Source of the DNA: Macrostomum lignano
Taxonomy: Eukaryota
NCBI GenBank assembly: GCA_002269645.1
Contig: NIVC01000196.1
Span: 55,391-119,390 of the forward strand
DNA: 64,000 bases
Direction: 5' to 3'
In this document: in pieces, positions 37,009 to 48,032 of the stretch
Position numbering within the stretch: the first letter of the stretch is position 1
How the letters are laid out: each line of letters begins with the position of its first letter
Notes under the pieces: model-generated
Databases searched by the model: none
Told to the model about the DNA's origin: nothing
What the model saw: the letters and a program-made list of their open reading frames with translations, nothing else
Position numbers and translations under genes: made by a program

Positions 37009-37111
37009 CTTTGAAACTTCGCAATAGCAATCCGGCCCTCGGGTCCTTTAAAACTTCGCAATAGCAATCCGGCCCTCGGGTCCTTTGAAACTTCGCAATA
37101 GCAATCCGGCC
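37009..37111. repeat. 37-bp tandem repeat (about 3 copies) derived from the interior of the same MITE family
   Basis: ctttgaaacttcgcaatagcaatccggccctcgggtc; cf. 52868-52915. Confidence 0.85.
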
Positions 37112-37689
37112 AATTAGCAGCCCTGAGAGGAATTTGTGTATCTCCATTCTCCAGCTCCACCACCACAGTCTGCAGCAGTGAGCAGTCTAACAACCAAGGA
37201 AATACGCATTTCTTAGGGGGCCATTTAAATTTTAAAGTACCTTATGCGAATCTTAATGTTAAAATTTTCATGGTGTAACTAATTTAGTAGGATTGCATTG
37301 TAATCAGTTATTCATTAATTTTTCGCTATTTTTACAAACCATCCCACATCGCCTTGATTTGCCATCCTTGTTTAACTGCTGCAGACTTGTCTATACAGAG
37401 GACAGTGGTTTGAAATTGAATCTCTCGCTAAACTCTCTCCTCTCCACGCCTCTCCACTCGCGGGGGTGCAGAGAAGGCTATAAATAAAGTTATTCCAAAA
37501 CACTGTACATTCGCTATGTACATTGAGCCCTATCGCCTGATCCTTCGTCTGGCTCTGGGGGAATGAGTGAGTGGGTGGCACAAACAACAGAAAAAGCAGA
37601 CAAACTTCACATGCTTACAGTTTCTGTTCTGATTGAGTTAGAGAGTTGAAACTTTACATTTAGGCAGAGAATGAGTCAATGAAGAATTG

Positions 37690-38198
37690 TGTCAAGTTTA
37701 AAGTCAATCGCTTTACGTGGAGCAAACTTATGGCAGCTGAAAGTTAGTCAATTTTAAAACCCATTCACACCCTTTGCCCAGATCGGGAAAGAGAGGCAGG
37801 GGGGCGGAGGTTGGGGTGGCTGCCTCGCTGAAAAAAACAGCCTAACTTTAAAAGTGCACAGCGGCTTTCAGGATTAGTTTTGAGATTTGAAATTTTACAC
37901 GATTGTGTCAAAATAGTTGAAAATTGCCTGTGTCAAATTTGCAGAGAATCGGTAGAAGTGGAGCGGCGCTATGGAGGATTAAGTGAAAAAATCGCGCATT
38001 TTGAGCAGTTTTTTTGTACTTTTAGGTAGGAAGACTTGAGTCTAGGAAATTAAAAGGTAGCCTAAGACATTCTCCGTAGTAAGTTTAGGGTGGGTGTAAA
38101 GTTTGGTGTCATTTGGTTGAGCGGTTTGGGAGTCCATAGCGATCAAAATTGTCCACACACAGACAGACACACAGAGTTTTGATTTTTATAGGTAGAGA
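37690..38198. mobile_element. Possible non-autonomous Helitron-like (Lep1/HINE-type) element
   Basis: Ends ...cacacagacagacacacagagttttgatttttataggtagagat, a terminus style seen in such elements; left boundary is a guess. Confidence 0.3.
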
Positions 38199-38243
38199 TA
38201 AGTAAGTTCATTATTTAAGCATACAAATTCTTGTAAGGATCAG

Positions 38244-38575
38244 AAAATTGCATTTTACTTAGCTTCTACTAAAGCAATTTTGAAAAAAAATTCCTGCATA
38301 CATGCCATGGTGATACATGTTTTAGTGTAATTACATTGTTTTTGTCGCTTAATAAGCATACAGTAAGCATCTGATTTGGAAGCCGGGTAACACATTGGAA
38401 TTCCCATAAGGTTGGAAAATTGCATTTTATTCAGCTTCTACTAAAGCGATTTGGAAAATTCTTTTTTTCCTGCATACACGACGCAATGATACATGTTTTA
38501 GTGTAATTTCATTGCTCTTTGTCGCTTACAAAGCATACAGGAAGCATTTGATTTGGATGCTGGGTTCACATTTTC
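38244..38575. repeat. Diverged tandem duplication, period 172 bp
   Basis: aaaattgcattttact/ttcagcttctactaaagc at 38244 and 38416 with colinear continuation. Confidence 0.85.
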
Positions 38576-38950
38576 TGGTACCATTTTTTACCCAAAATTT
38601 TCAAGTCTAAATATAGGCATATCACAAACACTAATACTATGCAAGTTGATATTTAAATGAAAGAAAATAACTTAGATTATTTTGCAACAAGGAATTAGCG
38701 GTATATTTACTTTTAGAGAAAGATGTTTGCTGGCAAACTTTGCACTTTAAATTCATACATGCGCAACTGCTGGCCGAGCTGGCCGATCCGGCCACCATAA
38801 ATCGTGGCTGACCAGGGGTAAGTCGCAAAATTGAGTCGACCAAAAACAGAAAAACACAAGAACCAAGAAAGAAAGGCAACAGGAAAGCGAAAAAAGAGCG
38901 GTTCAAGGAAAAATGGTGAAGCAAAAAAAAAACAAGTCGCATAAGAAGCA

Positions 38951-39650
38951 AACTAAGTCGCAAAAAGGATCAGGTAAGTCGCAACAGGAGCAACTAAGTC
39001 GCAAAAAGGATCAGGTAAGTCGCAAAAGGAGCAACTAAGTTGCAAAAAGGATCAGGTAAGTCGCAAAAGGAGCAACTAAGTCGCAAAAAGGATCAGGTAA
39101 GTCGCATAAGAAGCAAACTAAGTCGCAAAAAGGATCAGGTAAGTCGCAATAGGAGCAACTAAGTCGCAAAAAGGATCAGGTAAGTCGCATAAGAAGCAAA
39201 CTAAGTCGCAAAAAGGATCAGGTAAGTCGCAATAGGAGCAACTAAGTCGCAAAAAGGATCAGGTAAGTCGCAATAGGAGCAACTAAGTTGCAAAAAGGAT
39301 CAGGTAAGTCGCATAAGAAGCAAACTAAGTCGCAAAAAGGATCAGGTAAGTCGCAATAGGAGCAACTAAGTCGCAAAAAGGATCAGGTAAGTCGCAATAG
39401 GAGCAACTAAGTTGCAAAAAGGATCAGGTAAGTCGCATAAGAAGCAAACTAAGTCGCAAAAAGGATCAGGTAAGTCGCAACAGGAGCAACTAAGTCGCAA
39501 AAAGGATCAGGTAAGTCGCAAAAGGAGCAAACTAAGTCGCAAAAAGGATCAGGTAAGTCGCAAAAGGAGCAAACTAAGCCGCAAAAAGGATCAGGTAAGT
39601 CGCAACAGGAGCAACTAAGTCGTAAAAAGGATCAGGTAAGTTGCAATAAG
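38951..39650. repeat. ~41-bp subterminal minisatellite of the hAT element, about 17 copies, two TAAGTCGCA motifs per unit
   Basis: actaagtcgcaaaaaggatcaggtaagtcgcaataggagca repeated. Confidence 0.93.
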
Positions 39651-39855
39651 AGCAGCTATATTTAGAATTCAGTTATGTCGCAGATTTATAAGTTTTTAAA
39701 TAAGCAAAGCAAGCCAATAACAAGATAGCGATTTAGCAAAATATTAAGTATATTGTGATAATGTAATGTATCTTATCAGACGTCAATGTCAAACTAAAAG
39801 AGTCCACTCTGTAAGATATTTTTTCTGCTTCGTTGTCATTTGTAACTCGTTCCTG

Positions 39856-42107
39856 TCAACCTCCAGGAGCATCAGATCGCCAGTGGCTTTTGAGCCAATC
39901 ATTTACATATGCATCAGGCTTGAAATTAGCCAACGGAGGTCCATTTATACGAATCCGCAGCAAATGCTCCAAAGTTTTAGGCGTGAGGCGTGACCTTCTA
40001 TCATAGGCTATGTGCTTATAGATTGAAAACCCCCGTTCAGCCTCTGCAGATGATATAGGCAGTGTTAGGACAACCAAGATCAGTTTTTTTTATTTTAGGC
40101 AGCCATTCAACTGTCCTTTTTTCCATAAAGTGACTCCAAAATTTTACGGGGCCTCTACTGCGGTAGGCACAAAAGTCAAACTTGTGTGAAGTAACCAGGC
40201 TGTTTATTAGAAAAGAAAACTGCCCAGATATTGTCCTGATGTTGTCTCTAGAATCTGATTCTGAATCTGAATCAGAGTCTCCTGAGACAGGGCTCTCGTC
40301 TTGCATACCAAAGCGTCTAGCCAACGGAATTATTCTTGAGCTGTAAGTGAAAACTGTATGTAATGTCTCAGCCGTAGGCAATGATTCCGGATTTAGTACA
40401 TCAAATATTGAATAATCATCCTCAGGAAAATATTTACGCAGTTGACTGACAATGCTATCAATAATGACAAGCCGGATTTCGCTCAGTGCTGGATACAGTC
40501 CTACATCAGTAGCATCAGTACTGCATCCCCGGCGTCTTAGTCTACTACATGGCTGTTTCAACTCAAACCTTTGTGTTGAATCGTCAGTACCAGCAGGGCA
40601 CACAAAGTCCGAATGAGATAGGTCATTTGTATGACAACGTACACGGTATTCTATATCTGCAGTAGGTCCCACAACTCTGCGGCATCTGCACGAATTTAAG
40701 AAATCTATAACTCGAGGACCATTGTTTGTCTTTAACATTTCTAAGGAACGGATCAAGTCATTGTGGCGTTTTTGTAATCCTATAAATGTACCTCTGGCAC
40801 TTTGAAACTGCAAAGATTCAAATTCCAAAAGCTTTAGAATGTCAGTGAGAAATAGGTGCAAGGAATAATATCGTACATTTTTCAATGTCTTCAGCAATCC
40901 GGAGGCAGTAGCTTTACTTTCATCATCAAAATCTGATGAAGTTGAAATGATATTTTCTAGATTTGTGAGAAGAAGGTAATATGACTTCCTAATTACATCC
41001 AGGGCGGACACTTCTGATGCAACCCATCTTATGCGATAGATTCTTTTAAGTTCGTAAAAAACTTTGTCCAATACTTCTGAAGTTTCAAGTAATGAAGCTT
41101 TGCGCTTTGTAGCATGTCGCATGTAAAATTTGTATAGAGAATTTATGCTTGTATCAAGGTGCTGCATATATGGGAAGTTTTCAAAAGCATGATAAATTGA
41201 AAGTTCCAACTTATGGGCTGCACAGTGATGCTGGAAGAAATTGTTCTTAGCCCAAGGCCTGAGTCTGCTCACCAATCCTGCTCGATTTCCTGTCATGACT
41301 GCTGCACCATCAGTTGTCACGCCCCATAGTCTTTCTTTGATACCTTCCAGAATATTGTCTTCAGTGAACATACCAATGAGCATTTCATAAATTCTTTGTC
41401 CTGTTTCTACTTGAGCAAGGCGTTTGAACCGATAGAAAAACATCATAGGGTTGCTGTTTTCAAGAATTCTGAAGTAGATCATCAAATAACTGTTAGAATG
41501 GATGTCAAATGTTGTGTCTAATACAATTGAAATTGGAAGATCTTTAGAATTTTTTATATACTTCAGTAGCGTTTTATGCATGGTCATACTGATTGATTCA
41601 GCCATTGCAGTAGCACTTTTACGATGCCTGTGATGACTGCCCATATCCAAGCCATTTTTTATTTGCAAATCAACCATCAGATTATGTGCACTAAATGGAA
41701 CATTGGCTTTTACTTCAGCATATACAGTCGTTAAAACCCTGGCAGTTATTTCATCTCTTTTGGTTTGTGCTAGTTTAGCCACCCTATTCATCTCATTAAT
41801 TTGCCTTGCAAGTATGGAGTGGTGTTTCTCTTTCATCCAATTAATGGCTTCAGAGTGAAATAAACTTGATGAATGTCTTTGTAGTTTTCTTCGTACACTA
41901 TCCTTTGCATGTCCATTTGGAACATAACCTGATTCGGTCACAAATGTCATGCCACGTTTACTTGCTTCATTTGCTGCTGAGGGAAGTGCATTGGCATACT
42001 GTTGACAGATTCGGCACTGTATTCCAGATCGCGATAGATCATCGGTATTTTGAGCGTATTGAAACCATGTCTTCATTTCATTGGTTACAAATTTCCTCGA
42101 AAAGTAC
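39856..42107 (-). pseudogene. hAT transposase (ZNF862-like), main exon; +1 frameshift in an A8 run at 40084-40091
   Basis: C..C..Y zinc-finger region, IVLDTTFD, TTDGAAVMTG, HCAAHKLEL, RIRWVAS; the dimerization domain LPISSAEAERGFS...RRSRLT follows in the shifted frame (ORF 39856..40077); acceptor ttttag|G at 42107. Confidence 0.9.
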
Positions 42108-42212
42108 CTAAAATAAATTATTTAGATTAGAGGCAGGCAGTAGATTTAGTAGTAATAGACTAAAAAGGCATTTAGTTGAAAGAGAAAAATAAATGCATAT
42201 AATTTTTCTTAC

Positions 42213-43067
42213 GCTGACTGATGTGTTTCCAAGGAATCCAGCCACTGCTCTTGAAAACTAGATGTATCTTCCCAATCCTTTCTTAGGACTTGTTCGGTTC
42301 TTGCTTCTCCTGTCCCTGATGGTCCTGATCCTAATGCTGATGTTGCTAAACATGCATCTGCAATTGTACTTATGCATGGCCTTTTTCTTTCGGAAGGTCC
42401 TGCAATTACAGAGTCACTAATTTGAATATCAACGTCTGGATCACACGAATTGGACGCATCAGCATCAATATCAACAGCTGAAGGCGAAGGCCTACGTCCA
42501 TGACAACAAGATCACTTTAAGGATTGCCTTTGAACATTTATTTGCCTAACAATTTCTACTTCTAGATCAATTGTTTGCTGGTCACTTTCCAGCACCTTAT
42601 CCACTTCCTGCTCCTGTAGACTTCCAGCTGAGCAAAAGGCACTTTGTTCCGCATGCCCTGTTGTTTGCGCAGTTTGAACAGCTTGATCTCGATTGGCTGC
42701 TATTTCCTGTGAATATTCTATAGCCTTTGCCAGTTCGTTACGATGTGAGCTTGCTGAGCATGCAGATGGGGGTGGCCTTTCACTTCGTGATGGTGAGCTA
42801 GGAGAACTTGTTGGTGAATTAACGATAGTTCCAATATTCTCCTCCAAAATCCAATGTGCGCCTGAGCAGTCATTTTCTTTACCTGGAGTCAATTTGCCAA
42901 GTTTCCACCTTGTAAAAAGCAAAGGCTTTTGTACTTCACTGTTGGATGTAGGACACCGGTTTATGGAATAGTCTTCATGGCCAACTTCATCCCATTCTCT
43001 TGCTGGATTTAGGATGTAGTTAGGCTTATCTCTTAAGGTTGAGTAAATTGATTCAAAAAATGTGCAC
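42213..43067 (-). pseudogene. hAT transposase upstream exon (low-complexity N-terminus) with an in-frame TGA at 42512-42514
   Basis: Acceptor aataacag|G at 43067, one frame open except the single TGA, donor GC|gtaag at 42213; phase 2 joins the main exon across a 105-nt intron. Confidence 0.6.
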
Positions 43068-45761
43068 CTGTTATTGTGTGTACTTCGGACTAGTTTAGTA
43101 TATTGGACTATACATTTTAGGATTTTATTTTTTCCGAAAGGGTAAGTTTGACAAGTGTACTGTTTGTATGTACTTTTATAAGTATATATTTCTTTCTCGT
43201 TGTCCTTTCAATAAGAGCCTATAGCTACTAAGCTACATGTATTACCACATTCATTTTTCACTCATTTCTATAGCAAACTATTCACGCATACAAAAACTAT
43301 GCATATGTAGATTGTAGACATTGTTTGTTTATGGCCCATGCATCAATGCTGTGCAGCAATATAGCATTGTTGCACCGAAAAAAAGTTATATACTATTACT
43401 CTGAAATAATCTCTAAAATGATGTTAAATGTCCAGTTTCCTAAAAAATAGCAATAGAGGCCTGCATGAATGCACAGCAAGCTTGCCGGTGAGTAAAAACC
43501 TCCGTAACTCTGTTGGCCTTCTTTAAGTCCCATAAAAAAGGCGTAGCGCAAAGGGTAGTCGGGTGAAAATGAATTTAATGAAACAATATGAAACTTTAGT
43601 TCATAACTTCATACCATAGACATAAGTATATATATAATTATAGACACTCATATTATTAGCATTGCTATACTCCCAGCCATGCTTGAGTGCCTCATTAATG
43701 CATAGTTTAGCAGTACTCGTTATAATGGATGTATAAAAACAAACAAGTAAATTTTAGAAATTCAGTTTTTCAACATTCATGAATCATAATATCTTGTTTT
43801 GCAAAATGTTTTGTAATGTTTTATAATCTCTTGTTTTGTAATATTTTGTGAAAACATTGAAACTTAACTTGAAGACAAGCTATATATTTTCTAGAAAAAG
43901 CTTCTATTAATGAAAAAACTAAGTTGCAAAACTAAGTCGCATTTTTGGTCAAAACTAAGCCGCATGGCCAGCGTAATTTCAGAGGTTGCGCATGTATGTT
44001 TAAATTAGTATGAATTTTCTAGTTTATGTGGTTTTAGAAAAACTTTGAAATCCTTAGAAAGACTTCATCTTTTTGAATAAAATATAAAGTAAAACACATT
44101 TTACTTTCTGTTTTGTAAGTAGTAAAACATTAGCTTTCTCCTAAGGCCTACAAGTTTTAAAATTAATTGTTTATTATTGAAAAAAGTGAAACAAAAATGC
44201 AAATCGGTTAACTTAGACTTTTTAAATGCTTTTTTATTGGTTTTTTCTTATTTATTCAACGATGTATAGCATGAAAACAATAGTTTTTATCTAGAACTAT
44301 TTTTAAAGACCTATCTGTCTTTCAAAAAGCTTTTTAGATACATTACCTTCTATCAAATGTCCACAGATTTGTTTTACCATTTTATCCCACGTTTTTGGAT
44401 TTCACCATATGATTTTAGAAAGTGCACGCCAGTTGTGTATAAACATTACTGTGCAGGGCCCCTCCTGATTCTTTTACAAAATTGATAATTGTATAACTCA
44501 TTTTGAATGCATGCCGAATCTAGGAAAACACATTTGTTATAATACACATAATTTTTATAATATTTTACGCAAACTAATTTTTGTTTAAACTAGCAGTAAA
44601 TTTTAGTATAAATAGAAGCATTTTTGGCAGAGGAGAGACCAACCTTGTGCATTGCAGTTCCTTAAGAAAGAAAGCCAGTATTGAATAGTAAGAGTTCCAA
44701 GTAAACATTATTAAAGATTGATTGAGAGTTATTTATTTGCATAAGTAAAAGTTAAGTAGGCTGAAGCATATACAGTATATACTAATGAAAAGTGGAAATA
44801 GACTATGAAGTAGATCCTAAATCAATACATGTAAGAATAACTGGAGGCTGTGACCCTCTGATCTTGGTAACATCCAGGACTAAAAATAGATACAATACAT
44901 ATACCAATAAGCCAATATACCTTTTAGGCCAAATTACTAGTAGAACACTACCAGAATAACAGTAAATGCTACTAGAAATACAGAAGAATGATACTCGTAA
45001 GGGCTAGATAGTATTCTAAGAATAGTTGACAAATCGAATAATTAGACTTATACTCAGAATAAATTAGAATTATTTTTAGAAACATTTCTCAGACTTATTC
45101 TAAGAAAATTACTCATAATTTATTAATAGAATAGTCTTGGTGTTAGCTACTAGCATTTAGAACATTTAATATAGAAAGTATAGCCCTAGTACAACTCAGT
45201 AATAGCTTTAGGATAATTCATAGACAGGGAAATAATATGTAGTACAACTTGGTGGCATTGCTAGAATAGCTAAAAGAGGGAAGCAAGACCCCTGTTACAA
45301 CTTTGGTAGAAGTGGTGGGATTACATATTGTATAGGAACACCACTAATACATTACTTTTTTAGGAATAATACATGCCAATTGTATAATACCTGCAAGGCC
45401 AATGCATACCCAAATTTTTGGGCATAATATTACATGATCTAGAATGTGACATATCAAATATACCAAGAATTGGAAATGTGACTTTGTAATAATGTACACC
45501 ATAATTTCAAAATTATCCCACCTTACTTTTGAGTTGCAACAACAAAGGACCTTTTTACTATTGTAACATTTATATAGGGGGCCTATGCAATTTTGTTTGG
45601 ATATAATAGTTTATTACATTAAAAAAGTGTCATGTCTATTACTTTTTGATAAAAACTTGCAATTACACAAAGTAAAAAATAAGCTTTTCTAATTTATTTA
45701 GAAATATTTTGACCAAATAAAATAAATTTATTTGAAATCATTTTTAGTTAAAAGATTTTCA

Positions 45762-46231
45762 GGCATAGTTCTAGTTTACTTTGCGATATTATTTCATAGT
45801 TATACTTTACTTTGCGATATTATTTTTATGTGTTTTTTTGCATTTACATAGCATATTCTGCATTTGTACCCAAACCACAACCCTTTCAGCTTAATTTGCA
45901 CAATGGCCGGCCACCTAGCTAGGCCTACCCCGACATCAAGGGCACCTGGGCCCTTGCCAAGAGGCGCCTGCGCGCAATGCATGGTACAAGTGATGCACTC
46001 TTCGAGAGTCATCTCAAAGAGTATATCTGGCGCCGCCTATACCCGAACAATGCATTCGGCATCATGCTTCACTGGGCTTCCATGTATTAGCCTGTTGAAG
46101 TGACTTGGCAGCTTCAATTGACTGTTTTTCTGACTTGTGACACTTAAGCTGAACCTGGAAAGTGATAAAAACAGGGTGAAATAATTTAGCGAAAGGCAAA
46201 ATAATATCGCAAAGTAAACTAGAACTATGCT
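45762..46231 (+). mobile_element. Merlin (IS1016/ISXO2-like) internal-deletion derivative, 470 bp
   Basis: Perfect 32-bp inverted repeats 45763-45794 / 46199-46230; 8-bp TSD gattttca; residual transposase C-terminus IKGTWALAKRRLRAMHGTSDALFESHLKEYIWRR...* at 45932-46090. Confidence 0.85.
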
Positions 46232-46415
46232 GATTTTCATTTTTAGTATATCTGAAATACATTTTTGGAATTTATGGGAGAGGGGTAAAGAAGGATTGCC
46301 AAATTTGCTTACCTAGCTTTTATACACAAATGTATGCCAATGGACTTATATTGCATACAAAATTAAATTAAATTCAAAACAAAAACAAAATTCAAAACAA
46401 TACTTGCTAACTTAC

Positions 46416-46537
46416 CAGGTCTCCCGATTGCTAAACTTGTTCGTAACTACTTTGCCTAGCTCATGCCCAAGCCTTTCACAAATCTTTTTAGCAAGGTCTA
46501 GATTTGAATTACCAGAAAATATTTTTATATTTGGCAT
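46416..46537 (-). CDS. PRPS1: PRPS exon 1
   Basis: [40 protein letters not shown](C); 122 nt, donor TG|gtaagt; not in the ORF track. Confidence 0.93.
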
Positions 46538-47123
46538 TTTTATTAGAGAATTGCGAGGCCTAAAAAAGAAATATTTGAAATATATAAAAAATTCTATACT
46601 TTATTTTTACTTATTCAATAAACCCTGCCTCTATCAATGTATGTATAGTTTTTGGCTTTGGCTAGGCCTATGTTGTCTGGTTTGCGATTGATGCCGTTTC
46701 AGTTGACAAGCCAACACAAAAAGTATCTAAAGCTGGTCCTTAATAAATAATAATAATAATTAAGTTAGTAAATAAATTATTTGTAGGCCTGGCTAGGTCT
46801 ATAGTTATTCGATTGTAGTATTGAATGCAGTTGTTGAATGTCTGAATTGCTGGGGTGTTTTTGCAGATTAAGGCCCTATTATAATTATTGCTGTCTTATA
46901 AGTTATATTTGCGAATAATATATGTTTTCAATGAAAAATGTGCGAATTCTAAAACTTCATTTAAATAAAAATTATTAGTAGTATAACTAAATTTACTTTC
47001 GTTGCTTTCGGATTAAGGTAAAACTTGACATACTGATTCTGCTTATTGCATCTTCCAACAGACTCTTTGATTAAAATATTACTTTTCAAACATCTTAGGC
47101 ACAATTATGTACTAAGGGACTAT

Positions 47124-47722
47124 TAGCAAAGACGACTTAAGTAGGACGGGAAACCTCGTTTCTTAGAAAATTGAGAAGGCAGGTTTCCCGAAAAATACAC
47201 TACGGAGATAGGAAGTTTTCATTTTTTCATTACGTTTTAAAAAAATAGGATTCTATGTTCATTTTTTATTCTACGTACATTTGCTCATATCTTTGTGCCT
47301 AAAAACCATTAGAATAGCACGGCTCAGCTCTTTGGTTTTATGAGTATATTTTATCATTCTTAGCTGACTTTGTAACAAATATGCGTAGCACAAATGATAA
47401 AATGGATTCATAAAACCAGATTTAGAGCTGTGCAATGCATATTTATTATTTTTAAGTACCGGAAATGTACGTAGAATAAAAAATTAACATAGAATCCTAC
47501 TTCTTTGAACGAAAAGCTTTATAAATATCGATAGAGCAATAAGAAAGGCACGATTCATATCAAAAGATGAACACTGGATCTGCTTCCTATCAAAAGCAAT
47601 AACAATATTTGTGCTGAAAAATGAAAACTTCCTATCTCCGTAGTGTATTTTTTCAGGTAAACTTGCTTTCTAAATTTTTTTAATAAACGAGGTTTCCCGT
47701 CCTACTTAAGTTGTCCTTGCTA
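47124..47722. mobile_element. ~600-bp foldback element (nearly palindromic throughout)
   Basis: tagcaaagacgacttaagtaggacgggaaacctcgttt... mirrored at 47685-47722; inner arms 47245-47290/47460-47500 and 47300-47360/47390-47440 also pair. Confidence 0.8.
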
Positions 47723-47852
47723 TTTAGTCGTACTTGATCAGTAGTTCTTAAGTATCGCGATCGCAGATGCATCTTTGAGGCTTCCCGTCCCGCATAGCAA
47801 AATTACGTATCCAATAGAAAGTGGGACGTCTCCGATACGTAACTTTTTTGGT

Positions 47853-48032
47853 TGCAGGAACGTCCTTGATACGCATCCAATTTTTATGATCCTCTCTAAA
47901 TAAGCTCGTTTCTTCAAAAATGGTGGAATAAATAGTCAATAAAATTACAAGCCTTATCTGTCCACCATTTTTGTAGAAACGAGCTTCTTTAGAGGATCAT
48001 AAAAATTGGATACGTATCAAGAACGTTCCTGC
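47853..48032. repeat. ~180-bp hairpin (about 80-bp inverted arms)
   Basis: tgcaggaacgtccttgatacgcatccaatttttatgatcctct... versus its reverse complement ending ...aacgttcctgca. Confidence 0.85.

Larger units (their letters stand above)
38754..43998 (-). mobile_element. Full-length hAT DNA transposon (5245 bp), inserted in PRPS intron 1
   Basis: Perfect 14-bp TIR CATACATGCGCAAC (38754-38767) / GTTGCGCATGTATG (43985-43998); perfect 8-bp TSD TTTAAATT (38746-38753, 43999-44006); internal hAT transposase. Confidence 0.95.

Noticed and set aside
42491-42515. A 24-nt GT-AG intron removing the transposase TGA
   Set aside because: Below plausible spliceosomal intron size; a nonsense mutation is simpler
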